Origin: Escherichia coli
GTDB lineage: Bacteria > Pseudomonadota > Gammaproteobacteria > Enterobacterales > Enterobacteriaceae
NCBI RefSeq assembly: GCF_003334305.1
Contig: NZ_QOWS01000016.1
Strand: one strand, 5' to 3'
DNA: 64,000 nucleotides
Part shown: in pieces, positions 33,001 through 43,633 of the stretch
Layout of the letters: each line of letters starts with the position of its first letter
Numbering within the stretch: position 1 is the stretch's first letter
Position numbers and translations under genes: made by a program
The notes under the pieces: generated by a model
Databases searched by the model: none
What the model was told of the DNA's origin: nothing
The model's input: only the letters and a program-made list of their open reading frames with translations

Positions 33001-33322
33001 GCTTCGACATCCTTCGCAAATCTTATACAAGTAAGATGGAATAAACCGGGGTCAGAGAGGGGGCTGTTCAAAACCTCGCCAACTCTAGAAATACAATTTA
33101 GAGAATTAGGGCGAGCCGTCAAGCGTTTGACAGGGGCCAGGGGGCAGGTATGAATCAAAAATTTGAAGCAGTTAACGCTATTGACAGGAATGTGACAGAT
33201 GTCGCTGATGCCAACGATAGATGATAGTTATCTATCATGTGGAGTAGATTGGTCAGGCAAATAAGCTCTTGTCAGCGGCAGGGCGTTCTGCCGATAACCG
33301 TAATCGAAGATGATAACTGACA

Positions 33323-33643
33323 ATGGGTAAAACGAACGACTGGCTGGACTTTGATCAACTGGCGGAAGAAAAAGTTCGCGACGCGCTAAAACCGCCATCT
33401 ATGTATAAAGTGATATTAGTCAATGATGATTACACTCCGATGGAGTTTGTTATTGACGTGTTACAAAAATTCTTTTCTTATGATGTAGAACGTGCAACGC
33501 AATTGATGCTCGCTGTTCACTACCAGGGGAAGGCCATTTGCGGAGTCTTTACCGCCGAGGTTGCAGAAACCAAAGTGGCGATGGTGAACAAGTACGCGAG
33601 GGAGAATGAGCATCCATTGCTGTGTACGCTAGAAAAAGCCTGA
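33323..33643 (+). CDS. clpS: ClpA adaptor protein ClpS
   Basis: 106-aa ORF immediately upstream of clpA; recognised as ClpS. Confidence 0.9.
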
Positions 33644-33673
33644 ATGCAGGCATAAAAATTGGGGGAGGTGCCT

Positions 33674-35950
33674 ATGCTCAATCAAGAACTGGAACTCAGT
33701 TTAAATATGGCTTTCGCCAGAGCGCGCGAGCACCGTCATGAGTTTATGACCGTCGAGCACTTGTTACTGGCGCTGCTCAGTAACCCATCTGCCCGGGAGG
33801 CGCTGGAAGCGTGTTCTGTGGATTTGGTTGCGCTCCGTCAGGAACTGGAAGCCTTTATTGAACAAACCACACCCGTTCTGCCTGCCAGTGAAGAGGAGCG
33901 CGACACACAGCCGACGCTGAGTTTTCAGCGTGTACTGCAACGTGCGGTCTTCCATGTCCAATCCTCCGGTCGCAATGAGGTAACCGGTGCAAACGTTCTG
34001 GTCGCTATCTTTAGCGAACAGGAGTCGCAGGCGGCATATCTGTTGCGTAAACATGAAGTCAGCCGTCTCGATGTGGTGAACTTTATCTCTCATGGCACGC
34101 GTAAAGACGAGCCGACACAGTCTTCTGATCCTGGCAGCCAGCCAAACAGCGAAGAACTAGCTGGTGGGGAGGAACGTATGGAGAATTTCACGACGAACCT
34201 GAATCAGCTTGCGCGCGTGGGCGGAATCGACCCACTGATTGGTCGTGAGAAGGAGCTGGAGCGTGCTATTCAGGTTCTCTGCCGTCGCCGTAAAAACAAC
34301 CCGCTGCTGGTGGGGGAATCTGGTGTCGGTAAAACCGCGATTGCGGAAGGTCTTGCCTGGCGAATTGTTCAGGGCGATGTGCCGGAAGTGATGGCTGACT
34401 GTACGATTTACTCTCTCGATATCGGTTCTCTGTTAGCGGGCACTAAATATCGCGGCGACTTTGAAAAACGTTTTAAAGCGTTGCTCAAGCAACTGGAGCA
34501 GGACACTAACAGCATCCTGTTTATTGATGAGATCCACACCATTATCGGTGCGGGGGCAGCGTCTGGTGGCCAGGTCGATGCGGCTAACCTGATCAAACCG
34601 TTGCTCTCCAGCGGTAAAATTCGCGTAATTGGTTCGACAACCTATCAGGAGTTCAGCAACATTTTCGAGAAAGACCGTGCTCTGGCGCGTCGCTTCCAGA
34701 AAATTGATATTACTGAACCGTCGATCGAAGAAACTGTTCAAATCATCAATGGCCTGAAACCGAAGTATGAAGCGCACCACGACGTGCGTTATACCGCAAA
34801 AGCGGTGCGTGCAGCGGTAGAGCTGGCGGTGAAATACATTAACGATCGTCATCTGCCGGATAAAGCCATTGACGTTATCGACGAAGCGGGCGCTCGCGCA
34901 CGCCTGATGCCGGTAAGCAAACGCAAGAAAACCGTTAATGTGGCGGATATTGAGTCCGTGGTGGCCCGTATTGCGCGCATTCCAGAGAAGAGTGTTTCTC
35001 AGAGTGACCGCGATACCCTGAAAAACCTCGGCGATCGCCTGAAAATGCTGGTCTTCGGTCAGGATAAAGCCATTGAGGCGCTGACTGAAGCCATTAAGAT
35101 GGCGCGTGCAGGTTTAGGTCACGAACATAAACCGGTTGGTTCGTTCCTGTTTGCCGGCCCTACCGGGGTCGGGAAAACAGAGGTGACGGTACAGCTTTCG
35201 AAAGCGTTGGGCATTGAGCTGCTGCGCTTTGATATGTCCGAGTATATGGAACGCCATACCGTCAGCCGTCTGATTGGTGCGCCTCCGGGATACGTTGGTT
35301 TTGATCAGGGAGGTTTGCTGACTGATGCGGTCATCAAGCATCCACATGCGGTGCTGTTGCTGGACGAAATCGAGAAAGCGCATCCGGACGTGTTCAATAT
35401 TCTGTTGCAGGTGATGGACAACGGTACGCTGACCGATAACAACGGACGCAAAGCGGACTTCCGTAACGTGGTGCTGGTGATGACCACCAACGCCGGGGTA
35501 CGTGAAACTGAGCGTAAATCCATTGGTCTTATCCACCAGGATAACAGCACCGATGCGATGGAGGAGATCAAGAAGATCTTTACACCGGAATTCCGTAACC
35601 GTCTCGACAACATTATCTGGTTTGATCATCTGTCAACCGACGTGATCCATCAGGTGGTGGATAAATTCATCGTCGAGTTGCAGGTTCAGCTGGATCAGAA
35701 AGGTGTTTCTCTGGAAGTGAGCCAGGAAGCGCGTAACTGGCTGGCCGAGAAAGGTTACGACCGGGCAATGGGCGCACGTCCGATGGCGCGTGTCATCCAG
35801 GACAACCTGAAAAAACCGCTCGCCAACGAACTGCTGTTTGGTTCGCTGGTGGACGGCGGTCAGGTCACCGTCGCGCTGGATAAAGAGAAAAATGAGCTGA
35901 CTTACGGATTCCAGAGTGCACAAAAGCACAAGGCGGAAGCAGCGCATTAA
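33674..35950 (+). CDS. clpA: ATP-dependent Clp protease ATP-binding subunit ClpA
   Basis: ORF track 33659..35950 trimmed to ATG at 33674 ([19 protein letters not shown]...), 758 aa; two AAA+ modules (GESGVGKT and GPTGVGKT). Confidence 0.9.
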   Translation: MLNQELELSLNMAFARAREHRHEFMTVEHLLLALLSNPSAREALEACSVDLVALRQELEAFIEQTTPVLPASEEERDTQPTLSFQRVLQRAVFHVQSSGRNEVTGANVLVAIFSEQESQAAYLLRKHEVSRLDVVNFISHGTRKDEPTQSSDPGSQPNSEELAGGEERMENFTTNLNQLARVGGIDPLIGREKELERAIQVLCRRRKNNPLLVGESGVGKTAIAEGLAWRIVQGDVPEVMADCTIYSLDIGSLLAGTKYRGDFEKRFKALLKQLEQDTNSILFIDEIHTIIGAGAASGGQVDAANLIKPLLSSGKIRVIGSTTYQEFSNIFEKDRALARRFQKIDITEPSIEETVQIINGLKPKYEAHHDVRYTAKAVRAAVELAVKYINDRHLPDKAIDVIDEAGARARLMPVSKRKKTVNVADIESVVARIARIPEKSVSQSDRDTLKNLGDRLKMLVFGQDKAIEALTEAIKMARAGLGHEHKPVGSFLFAGPTGVGKTEVTVQLSKALGIELLRFDMSEYMERHTVSRLIGAPPGYVGFDQGGLLTDAVIKHPHAVLLLDEIEKAHPDVFNILLQVMDNGTLTDNNGRKADFRNVVLVMTTNAGVRETERKSIGLIHQDNSTDAMEEIKKIFTPEFRNRLDNIIWFDHLSTDVIHQVVDKFIVELQVQLDQKGVSLEVSQEARNWLAEKGYDRAMGARPMARVIQDNLKKPLANELLFGSLVDGGQVTVALDKEKNELTYGFQSAQKHKAEAAH

Positions 35951-35975
35951 TCTGATTGTTAGGTAGGTTGGTCAA

Positions 35976-36012
35976 GTCCGTAATCTCGAAAGAGGTTACG
36001 GACTTTTTGTTT
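35976..36012 (+). terminator. Rho-independent terminator of clpSA
   Basis: 12-bp stem GTCCGTAATCTC / GAGGTTACGGAC with GAAA tetraloop, followed by TTTTTGTTT. Confidence 0.7.
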
Positions 36013-36162
36013 ATGGGGTGGAGGAGGTTCAGACCCTTTTTTTAATGATGATGGTAAGTTGTTGATAATTAGTGCTGCGGGAAGGTAAGGATAAAAAAGG
36101 GTGCTGCAGGAGAATGGGATGGTTTTGCTTTATTAACAACGGGCTAAACGTGTAGTATTTGA

Positions 36163-36250
36163 GTTCACTGCCGTACAGGCAGCTTAGAAATCGACGGGGT
36201 GCGGTAAAACCTTTGCGAACGCGTTCACTGCCGTACAGACAGATAAAATG
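36163..36250 (+). CRISPR. Orphan type I-F CRISPR mini-array: two 28-bp repeats flanking one 32-bp spacer; no adjacent cas genes
   Basis: Repeat 1 (36163-36190) GTTCACTGCCGTACAGGCAGCTTAGAAA matches the E. coli/Yersinia-type I-F repeat; spacer (36191-36222) TCGACGGGGTGCGGTAAAACCTTTGCGAACGC; repeat 2 (36223-36250) GTTCACTGCCGTACAGACAGATAAAATG is degenerate at its 3' end, as expected for a terminal repeat. Putative leader 36013-36162. Confidence 0.8.
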
Positions 36251-36251
36251 C

Positions 36252-36281
36252 GAAAAAAAAGCTCGCACTTTCGTACGAGCT
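36252..36281 (-). terminator. Rho-independent terminator of serW
   Basis: GCTCG...CGAGC stem; on the minus strand followed by an 8-nt T-run. Confidence 0.6.
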
Positions 36282-36293
36282 CTTCTTTAAATA

Positions 36294-36381
36294 TGGCGGT
36301 GAGGGGGGGATTCGAACCCCCGATACGTTGCCGTATACACACTTTCCAGGCGTGCTCCTTCAGCCACTCGGACACCTCACC
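36294..36381 (-). tRNA. serW: tRNA-Ser (anticodon GGA)
   Basis: Reverse complement gives GGTGAGGTGTCCGAGTGGCTGAAGGAGCACGCCTGGAAAGTGTG...GGTTCGAATCCCCCCCTCACCGCCA: 88 nt, long variable arm, CU-GGA-AA anticodon loop, encoded CCA end. Confidence 0.9.
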
Positions 36382-36565
36382 AAATTGTTTTGCTACCAAA
36401 CCTCATGGGTGGCAACGGGGCGCTACTATAGGGAGTTGGAGTAAAACGGTCAAGAAGAATTTTAATGATAATTATTGTTTGCTCATACTGTAAACAAGTT
36501 GTGCAGTATATCTACATCGAGACAAGTTACGGACTTATACTTCCAAAGTACTTCATACATATCAC

Positions 36566-36596
36566 AAAATAAAAAGGCCGGTTAAACCGACCTTTT
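36566..36596 (-). terminator. Terminator downstream of infA (possibly bidirectional)
   Basis: GGCCGGTT-a-AACCGACC stem flanked by A-run and T-run. Confidence 0.55.
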
Positions 36597-36634
36597 ACTC
36601 GTTCTTTCTCTTCGCCCATCAGGCGGTAAAACAA

Positions 36635-36856
<222 letters not shown>

Positions 36857-37137
36857 ATCCTCTGGGGTATCACTACCGTAATTTGAACCGGCAAGATAAT
36901 GCCGAAGTTCTGTAAATAAGTAAAGATTTGCGCGCTAAATCGCAACAAACAGGTTCGGCACATTACTCCGAAAACACACGGCTAAGCCGCACCAAAAGCG
37001 CAACGTATAAGGGAGCGGTGAGATAAACGATGGGCGTTACCTGACGCGAAAAATTCCTTATCGGCAGCGGGGTAATGAGCGTAACCAACTCTGCGACCGC
37101 AATTATAACACTCTGGGGAGAAATGTGCCGAAAACAT

Positions 37138-37842
37138 TCATTCTTGTGGTGAAAACAAGCATCGTGGTACCCAGAAATTATTCGGCAATCGTCCGAGGCG
37201 CATTTGATTGAGATAATTAAGGTAATCCCGGCGGGGAATTTCGCAGGCACCAAGCGATGCTGTGTGATCGTTAAGGACCTGGCAGTCGATAAGCTTACCG
37301 CCATGACCGATAAATTCCTCACAGAATACCAGAAGCGCCGTTTTAGACGCATTTTCCATCCGGCTGAACATGGACTCGCCACAAAATAGCGTTCCCTGGG
37401 CCACGCCGTACATACCGCCGACAAGCTCATCTTCACGCCAGACTTCAATGGAGTGGGCATGGCCGAGTTCGTGAAGGCGATGGTAGGCTTCGACCACGCC
37501 ACGCGTGATCCAGGTTCCTTCTTCGCGATCGCTGGCACAGCCTTCAATGACCTGACCAAAAGCGTAATTCATCGTGACACGATAGGGCGAGCGTTTATGA
37601 AATCGCTTCATACTACGGCTGATATGCAGTGATTCTGGCCATAGCACCGCGCGGGGATCGGGCGACCACCAGAGGATGGGGTCGCCTGGAGAAAACCACG
37701 GAAAAATACCACGCTGGTAAGCCATTAACAGGCGCGCAGGGCTAAGATCGCCCCCAAGTGCCAGCAGGCCGTTAGGCTCACGTAATGCGCCTTCCGGGGA
37801 AGGGAAGGCTATTGAATGGCGAGAAAGCTGAACCAGGCGCAT
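37138..37842 (-). CDS. aat: Leucyl/phenylalanyl-tRNA--protein transferase
   Basis: 234-aa ORF recognised as Aat ([39 protein letters not shown]...). Confidence 0.9.
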
Positions 37843-37883
37843 GACCGCAAAACTCCACGCAAGTCGGATCGTTCAATAATAGC

Positions 37884-39605
37884 TTACAAACCCTGCTTGA
37901 ACTGGTAATAACGCCCCTGTCTGGCAAGCAGCTCTGCGTGAGTACCTTGCTCAATAATTTGCCCGTTGTCCATCACTATTATTTGTTGGAAACGAGAGAG
38001 TCCGCGAAGTCGATGGGTGACCATTAACACCGTTTTCTCACGCATCATTTCTGCAAGCAATTCAAGGATCTGGCTTTCGGTTGTGGCATCTAAGCCTTCG
38101 GTAGGTTCATCCAGCAACACCAGTGGCGCATCATGTAACAGCGCACGGGCGATAGCCAGACGGCGCAGTTCACCACCGGAGAGCTGGCGTCCGCCTTCAC
38201 CTAACCAACTGTTGAGACCTGCATCCTCGAGCAGCTTCTCCAGGCCAACGCGACGCAAGCTCTCCGCCAGAGCCTCATCACTACTGCCAGGCGAGGCGAG
38301 TAACAGATTATCACGCAGCGTGGCGCTAAACAGATGCACTCGCTGAGGAACAACGCTGATGGTCTGTCGTAGAGCCGCTTCATTCAGGCTGGCTATGGGG
38401 CTATCGTTAAGCAAAATCTCGCCCTGTTGCGGGTCCCAAGCGCGGGTCAGCAGTTGTAACAGTGTTGATTTGCCGCATCCGGTTCGCCCGAGAATCGCAA
38501 TATGTTCCCCGGCGTTTACCTGAAGAGAAATCCCTTTAAGTGCCTGTTGGGATTGCTCCGGATAAGTGAACTGAACATCCCGTAATGTCAGCGAAACGCG
38601 ATCGGCAACACGAGTTTGGGTATCAGGGAAGGTGACTTCCGGTTTTTGATCCGTTAAATCAGTGATCCGAACGGCAGAGGCAATGACTTGCCCCAGATGC
38701 TGAAATGCACCCGTTACTGGTGCCAGTGCTTCAAACGCGGCTAACGCGCAGAAGACAAACAGGGCAATTAACGCGCCGGGTTGAGCATTGCCGCCAACGC
38801 CGCCAGACGCCATCCACAGCATCAGGATCACCGCTAACGCGCCAATGAGTAGCATTATCGCTTGCGACAATGCGGTCAGTTCAGATTGACGGCGTTGCGC
38901 TTCCAGCCATTGAATTTCTGTATTCTCTAGTTGCGTGCGATAACGATCGCTGGCACCAAAAATGGTCAGCTCAGCTTGCCCTTGCAGCCAGGCCGTCAGT
39001 TGTTGGCGATACTGTCCGCGAAGATGAGTCAGATTTTGCCCGGTGCTTTTTCCCGCACGATAAAACAGCGGTGGCATCAGGAAAAGCGTCAGTAACATAA
39101 TGCCGCCCAGCGTAAAGGCGAGGGTGAAATCAAGGAAACTTAACCCGATTGTCACCACCATAATCACCACAAAAGCGCCCACCAGCGGCGAGATAACGCG
39201 CAGATAAAGATGATCGAGCGTATCAACATCCGCCACCACGCGATTGAGCAATTCGCCCTGACGATAGCGCGCCAGTCCGGCAGGGGAGAGGGGCAGCAAT
39301 TTGCTGAAGGTGTAAATGCGCAGATGCTGCAACACGCGGAAAGTCGCGTCGTGACTTACCAGACGTTCAAAATAACGCCCGGCAGTACGGGTGATTGCTG
39401 CGCCACGCACGCCCGCAGCGGGTAGCATATAGTTGAAGCTGTACAGTCCGGCAACCCCCGCAACCGCTGAGGCCGAGAGGAACCAGCCGGAAAGTGTCAA
39501 CAGACCGATACTGGCGAGCAGCGTGACAATTGCCAGCACGATACCAAGACTTAACATCCATTTATGACGTTTATACAGTGCCAGATAGGGTAGCAAAGCG
39601 CGCAT
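37884..39605 (-). CDS. cydC: Cysteine/glutathione ABC exporter subunit CydC (cytochrome bd biogenesis)
   Basis: 573-aa ORF; N-terminal TM domain plus C-terminal ABC ATPase (GRTGCGKST, LSGGELRR); directly follows cydD. Confidence 0.9.
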   Translation of the reverse strand: MRALLPYLALYKRHKWMLSLGIVLAIVTLLASIGLLTLSGWFLSASAVAGVAGLYSFNYMLPAAGVRGAAITRTAGRYFERLVSHDATFRVLQHLRIYTFSKLLPLSPAGLARYRQGELLNRVVADVDTLDHLYLRVISPLVGAFVVIMVVTIGLSFLDFTLAFTLGGIMLLTLFLMPPLFYRAGKSTGQNLTHLRGQYRQQLTAWLQGQAELTIFGASDRYRTQLENTEIQWLEAQRRQSELTALSQAIMLLIGALAVILMLWMASGGVGGNAQPGALIALFVFCALAAFEALAPVTGAFQHLGQVIASAVRITDLTDQKPEVTFPDTQTRVADRVSLTLRDVQFTYPEQSQQALKGISLQVNAGEHIAILGRTGCGKSTLLQLLTRAWDPQQGEILLNDSPIASLNEAALRQTISVVPQRVHLFSATLRDNLLLASPGSSDEALAESLRRVGLEKLLEDAGLNSWLGEGGRQLSGGELRRLAIARALLHDAPLVLLDEPTEGLDATTESQILELLAEMMREKTVLMVTHRLRGLSRFQQIIVMDNGQIIEQGTHAELLARQGRYYQFKQGL

Positions 39606-41372
39606 TTAAATCTCCTCCTGACGATGGGCCAGTAATGTGGCGAATGGGCCACCAGCCACACTTAATTCCGCGTAACGTCCTTGCTCAATAATCCGGCCAT
39701 CCTGCATAACCCAAATGACATCCCAGTCAGCAAGATCTTCTAACTGGTGGGTGACCATTAACGTTGTCTGGCGCAGAGAGGCGGCATTCAGCGCCTCCAT
39801 TACGCGCTGTTCACTGTGAGCATCAAGGCTGGCAGCGGGTTCATCCAACAGTAATAGCGAACAGGGATTTAGTAACGCACGGGCCACCGCCACGCGCTGC
39901 GCCTGCCCCACGGAAAGGCGGGCAGCCTGGTCGCCAACAGGCGTATCAACGCCTTGTGGCAGGAGCGGTAGAAACTCGCTGACCCAGGCGTTATCCAGCG
40001 CTGCTTGTAATTCTTGTTCGCTGGCATCAGGTCGCGCCAGTAGTACGTTATCCCGCAATGTTGCTGCCGGTAATTGTGGGTTTTGCCCAACCCAGGAGAG
40101 ATGTTTACGCCATGATTCTGGTGATAAATCGCGTAATTCTATCCCGTTGATTCGTAATGATCCCTGATATGAAAGAAAACCAGAAAGCGCGTTCAGCAGT
40201 GAGCTTTTACCTGAACCGCTGCGACCAACCAACACTGCACGTTGGCCTGCTGGCAAAGTAAAGTTCAGCGGTCCGGCCAGCGTTTTACCTTCCGGCGACG
40301 TGATAAACAGATCCTCGGCCTCAATGGTCACCGGATCGGTCGATGCTAATTCCGCCTCACCGCGCTGCGGATGGGCGAGCGGGGTTTCCATAAACGTTTT
40401 CAGACTGTCAGCTGCACCAACAGCCTGGGCTTTAGCATGATAAAACGTACCGAGATCGCGCAATGGCTGGAAAAACTCTGGCGCAAGGATCAGGGCCAGA
40501 AAACCCGCAGCCAGCGTCACACCGGTATCGTAGTGACCAAAATCCAGCTCGCCGAGATAGGAAAAACCAAAGTAGACCGCCACCAGAGCAATTGACAGCG
40601 AGGTAAAAAATTCGAGAATGCCGGAGGATAAAAACGCCAGCCGTAGCACTTCCATTGTCCGTTGGCGGAAATCTTCCGAAGCAGAACGAATACTTTCAAT
40701 TTCAGCTTCACCACGACCAAAAATACGCAATGTTTCCATGCCGCGCAGGCGATCGAGGAAATGCCCACTTAAGCGAGCAAGAGCGAGAAAGTTACGCCGG
40801 TTAGCATCGGCAGCCCCCATCCCAACCAGCGCCATAAACAACGGAATTAACGGTGCTGTGCCCAGCAGAATGAGCGCCGCAGCCCAGTTAGAGGGGAAGA
40901 TCGCCACCACAATCAGCAACGGCACCGACACTGCCAGCGCCATTTGCGGCAGGTAGCGTGCATAGTAATCATGCATATCGTCAATTTGCTCGAGTACCAA
41001 CGTCGCCCAGCTCCCCGCAGGTTTACCCTGAATCCACGCTGGCCCTGCTTGTTGCAGACGGTCGAGAACCTGACGGCGGATGGCAAAGCGGATATGCTGC
41101 CCGGCGTGATAACCCACCCGTTCGCGTAACCAGACCACCCATGCGCGCAGTACAAAGGTCAGAACCAGTAACGTAAAGGGAAGCAGCAGGGCTTCACGGG
41201 GAATATTCTCCATAATCATATGTTGCAGAATTCGCGCCATGAACCAGGCCTGGGCAATGATCAATATGCCGCTTACAAAGCCCAGCAGACGAGAAATATT
41301 CAGCCAACGTTGGGAGATGACGCTTTGCTGTTTTAACCAGCGGGTTAACTCTTTTTGACGGGATTTATTCAT
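39606..41372 (-). CDS. cydD: Cysteine/glutathione ABC exporter subunit CydD
   Basis: 588-aa ORF; TM domain plus ABC ATPase (GRSGSGKSS); abuts cydC start. Confidence 0.9.
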   Translation of the reverse strand: MNKSRQKELTRWLKQQSVISQRWLNISRLLGFVSGILIIAQAWFMARILQHMIMENIPREALLLPFTLLVLTFVLRAWVVWLRERVGYHAGQHIRFAIRRQVLDRLQQAGPAWIQGKPAGSWATLVLEQIDDMHDYYARYLPQMALAVSVPLLIVVAIFPSNWAAALILLGTAPLIPLFMALVGMGAADANRRNFLALARLSGHFLDRLRGMETLRIFGRGEAEIESIRSASEDFRQRTMEVLRLAFLSSGILEFFTSLSIALVAVYFGFSYLGELDFGHYDTGVTLAAGFLALILAPEFFQPLRDLGTFYHAKAQAVGAADSLKTFMETPLAHPQRGEAELASTDPVTIEAEDLFITSPEGKTLAGPLNFTLPAGQRAVLVGRSGSGKSSLLNALSGFLSYQGSLRINGIELRDLSPESWRKHLSWVGQNPQLPAATLRDNVLLARPDASEQELQAALDNAWVSEFLPLLPQGVDTPVGDQAARLSVGQAQRVAVARALLNPCSLLLLDEPAASLDAHSEQRVMEALNAASLRQTTLMVTHQLEDLADWDVIWVMQDGRIIEQGRYAELSVAGGPFATLLAHRQEEI

Positions 41373-41425
41373 TGCACGCTTAGCAGGTGAGTTATCAGAA
41401 TTATTTGCAGAGCAATGTTACAACG

Positions 41426-41467
41426 GGGAAAAAATAAAGGCGACCCATAGTCGCATGGTGTCGCCTT
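41426..41467 (-). terminator. Rho-independent terminator of trxB
   Basis: AAGGCGAC...GTCGCCTT stem; minus strand followed by TTTATTTTTT. Confidence 0.6.
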
Positions 41468-41494
41468 CTTTACTTTTGTTACTGATTTGTAAAA

Positions 41495-42577
<1,083 letters not shown>

Positions 42578-43004
42578 TCAAATTCTCCCGTCATTATCAC
42601 CTCTGCTACTTAAATTTCCCGCTTTATAAGCCGATTAAATGATGAATAAACGCCCCTGTTAATGAATATCTGGCATGTTGTACTAAAAATCGATGTTTTG
42701 CTTTGACAATCCCCTGGTGTTTTGCGAAAACATTCGAGGAAGAAAAAAAACAGTATTCTTATATGCGCATAACCATGCATGTAAATACCATGTTTACCGT
42801 GCTAGTGAAATCTACGTATGGCGTGGACAGACGCCATTCGTGATGTCGATAGCTGCCACAAGGCAACGGTCTTCTCACCGTAGACCCAGGCATTGCGCGC
42901 CGTGAATCTTCATGATTTCGGTCTATCGTGACGGGTAGCGACTCTGAACAGTGATGTTTCAGGGTCAGACAGGAGTAGGGAAGGAATACAGAGAGACAAT
43001 AATA

Positions 43005-43499
43005 ATGGTAGATAGCAAGAAGCGCCCTGGCAAAGATCTCGACCGTATCGATCGTAACATTCTTAATGAGTTGCAAAAGGATGGGCGTATTTCTAACGTC
43101 GAGCTTTCTAAACGTGTGGGACTTTCCCCAACGCCGTGCCTTGAGCGTGTGCGTCGGCTGGAAAGACAAGGGTTTATTCAGGGCTATACGGCGCTGCTTA
43201 ACCCCCATTATCTGGATGCATCACTTCTGGTATTCGTTGAGATTACTCTGAATCGTGGCGCACCGGATGTGTTTGAACAATTCAATACCGCTGTACAAAA
43301 ACTTGAAGAAATTCAGGAGTGTCATTTAGTATCTGGTGATTTCGACTACCTGTTGAAAACACGCGTGCCGGATATGTCAGCTTACCGTAAGTTGCTGGGG
43401 GAAACCCTGCTGCGTCTGCCTGGCGTCAATGACACACGGACATACGTTGTTATGGAAGAAGTCAAGCAGAGTAATCGTCTGGTTATTAAGACGCGCTAA
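43005..43499 (+). CDS. lrp: Leucine-responsive regulatory protein Lrp
   Basis: ORF track 42951..43499 trimmed to ATG at 43005 (MVDSKKRPGKDLDRIDRNILNELQKDGRISNVELSKRVGLSP...), 164 aa; HTH plus RAM domain. Confidence 0.9.
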   Translation: MVDSKKRPGKDLDRIDRNILNELQKDGRISNVELSKRVGLSPTPCLERVRRLERQGFIQGYTALLNPHYLDASLLVFVEITLNRGAPDVFEQFNTAVQKLEEIQECHLVSGDFDYLLKTRVPDMSAYRKLLGETLLRLPGVNDTRTYVVMEEVKQSNRLVIKTR

Positions 43500-43633
43500 C
43501 ACGGAACAGGTGCAAAATCGGCGTATTTTGATTACACTCCTGTTAATCCATACAGCAACAGTACTGGGGTAACCTGGTACTGTTGTCCGTTTTAGCATCG
43601 GGCAGGAAAAGCCTGTAACCTGGAGAGCCTTTC

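Noticed and set aside
36013-36400. A complete CRISPR-Cas locus
   Set aside because: Only two repeats and one spacer are present and no cas gene is adjacent; clpA and serW flank the array directly. Called as an orphan remnant instead.
36029-36493. ORF-track entries 36029..36268 (-), 36184..36399 (-) and 36248..36493 (+) as protein-coding genes
   Set aside because: They run through the CRISPR repeats, the serW terminator and the tRNA-Ser gene itself, and are artefacts of the six-frame translation.
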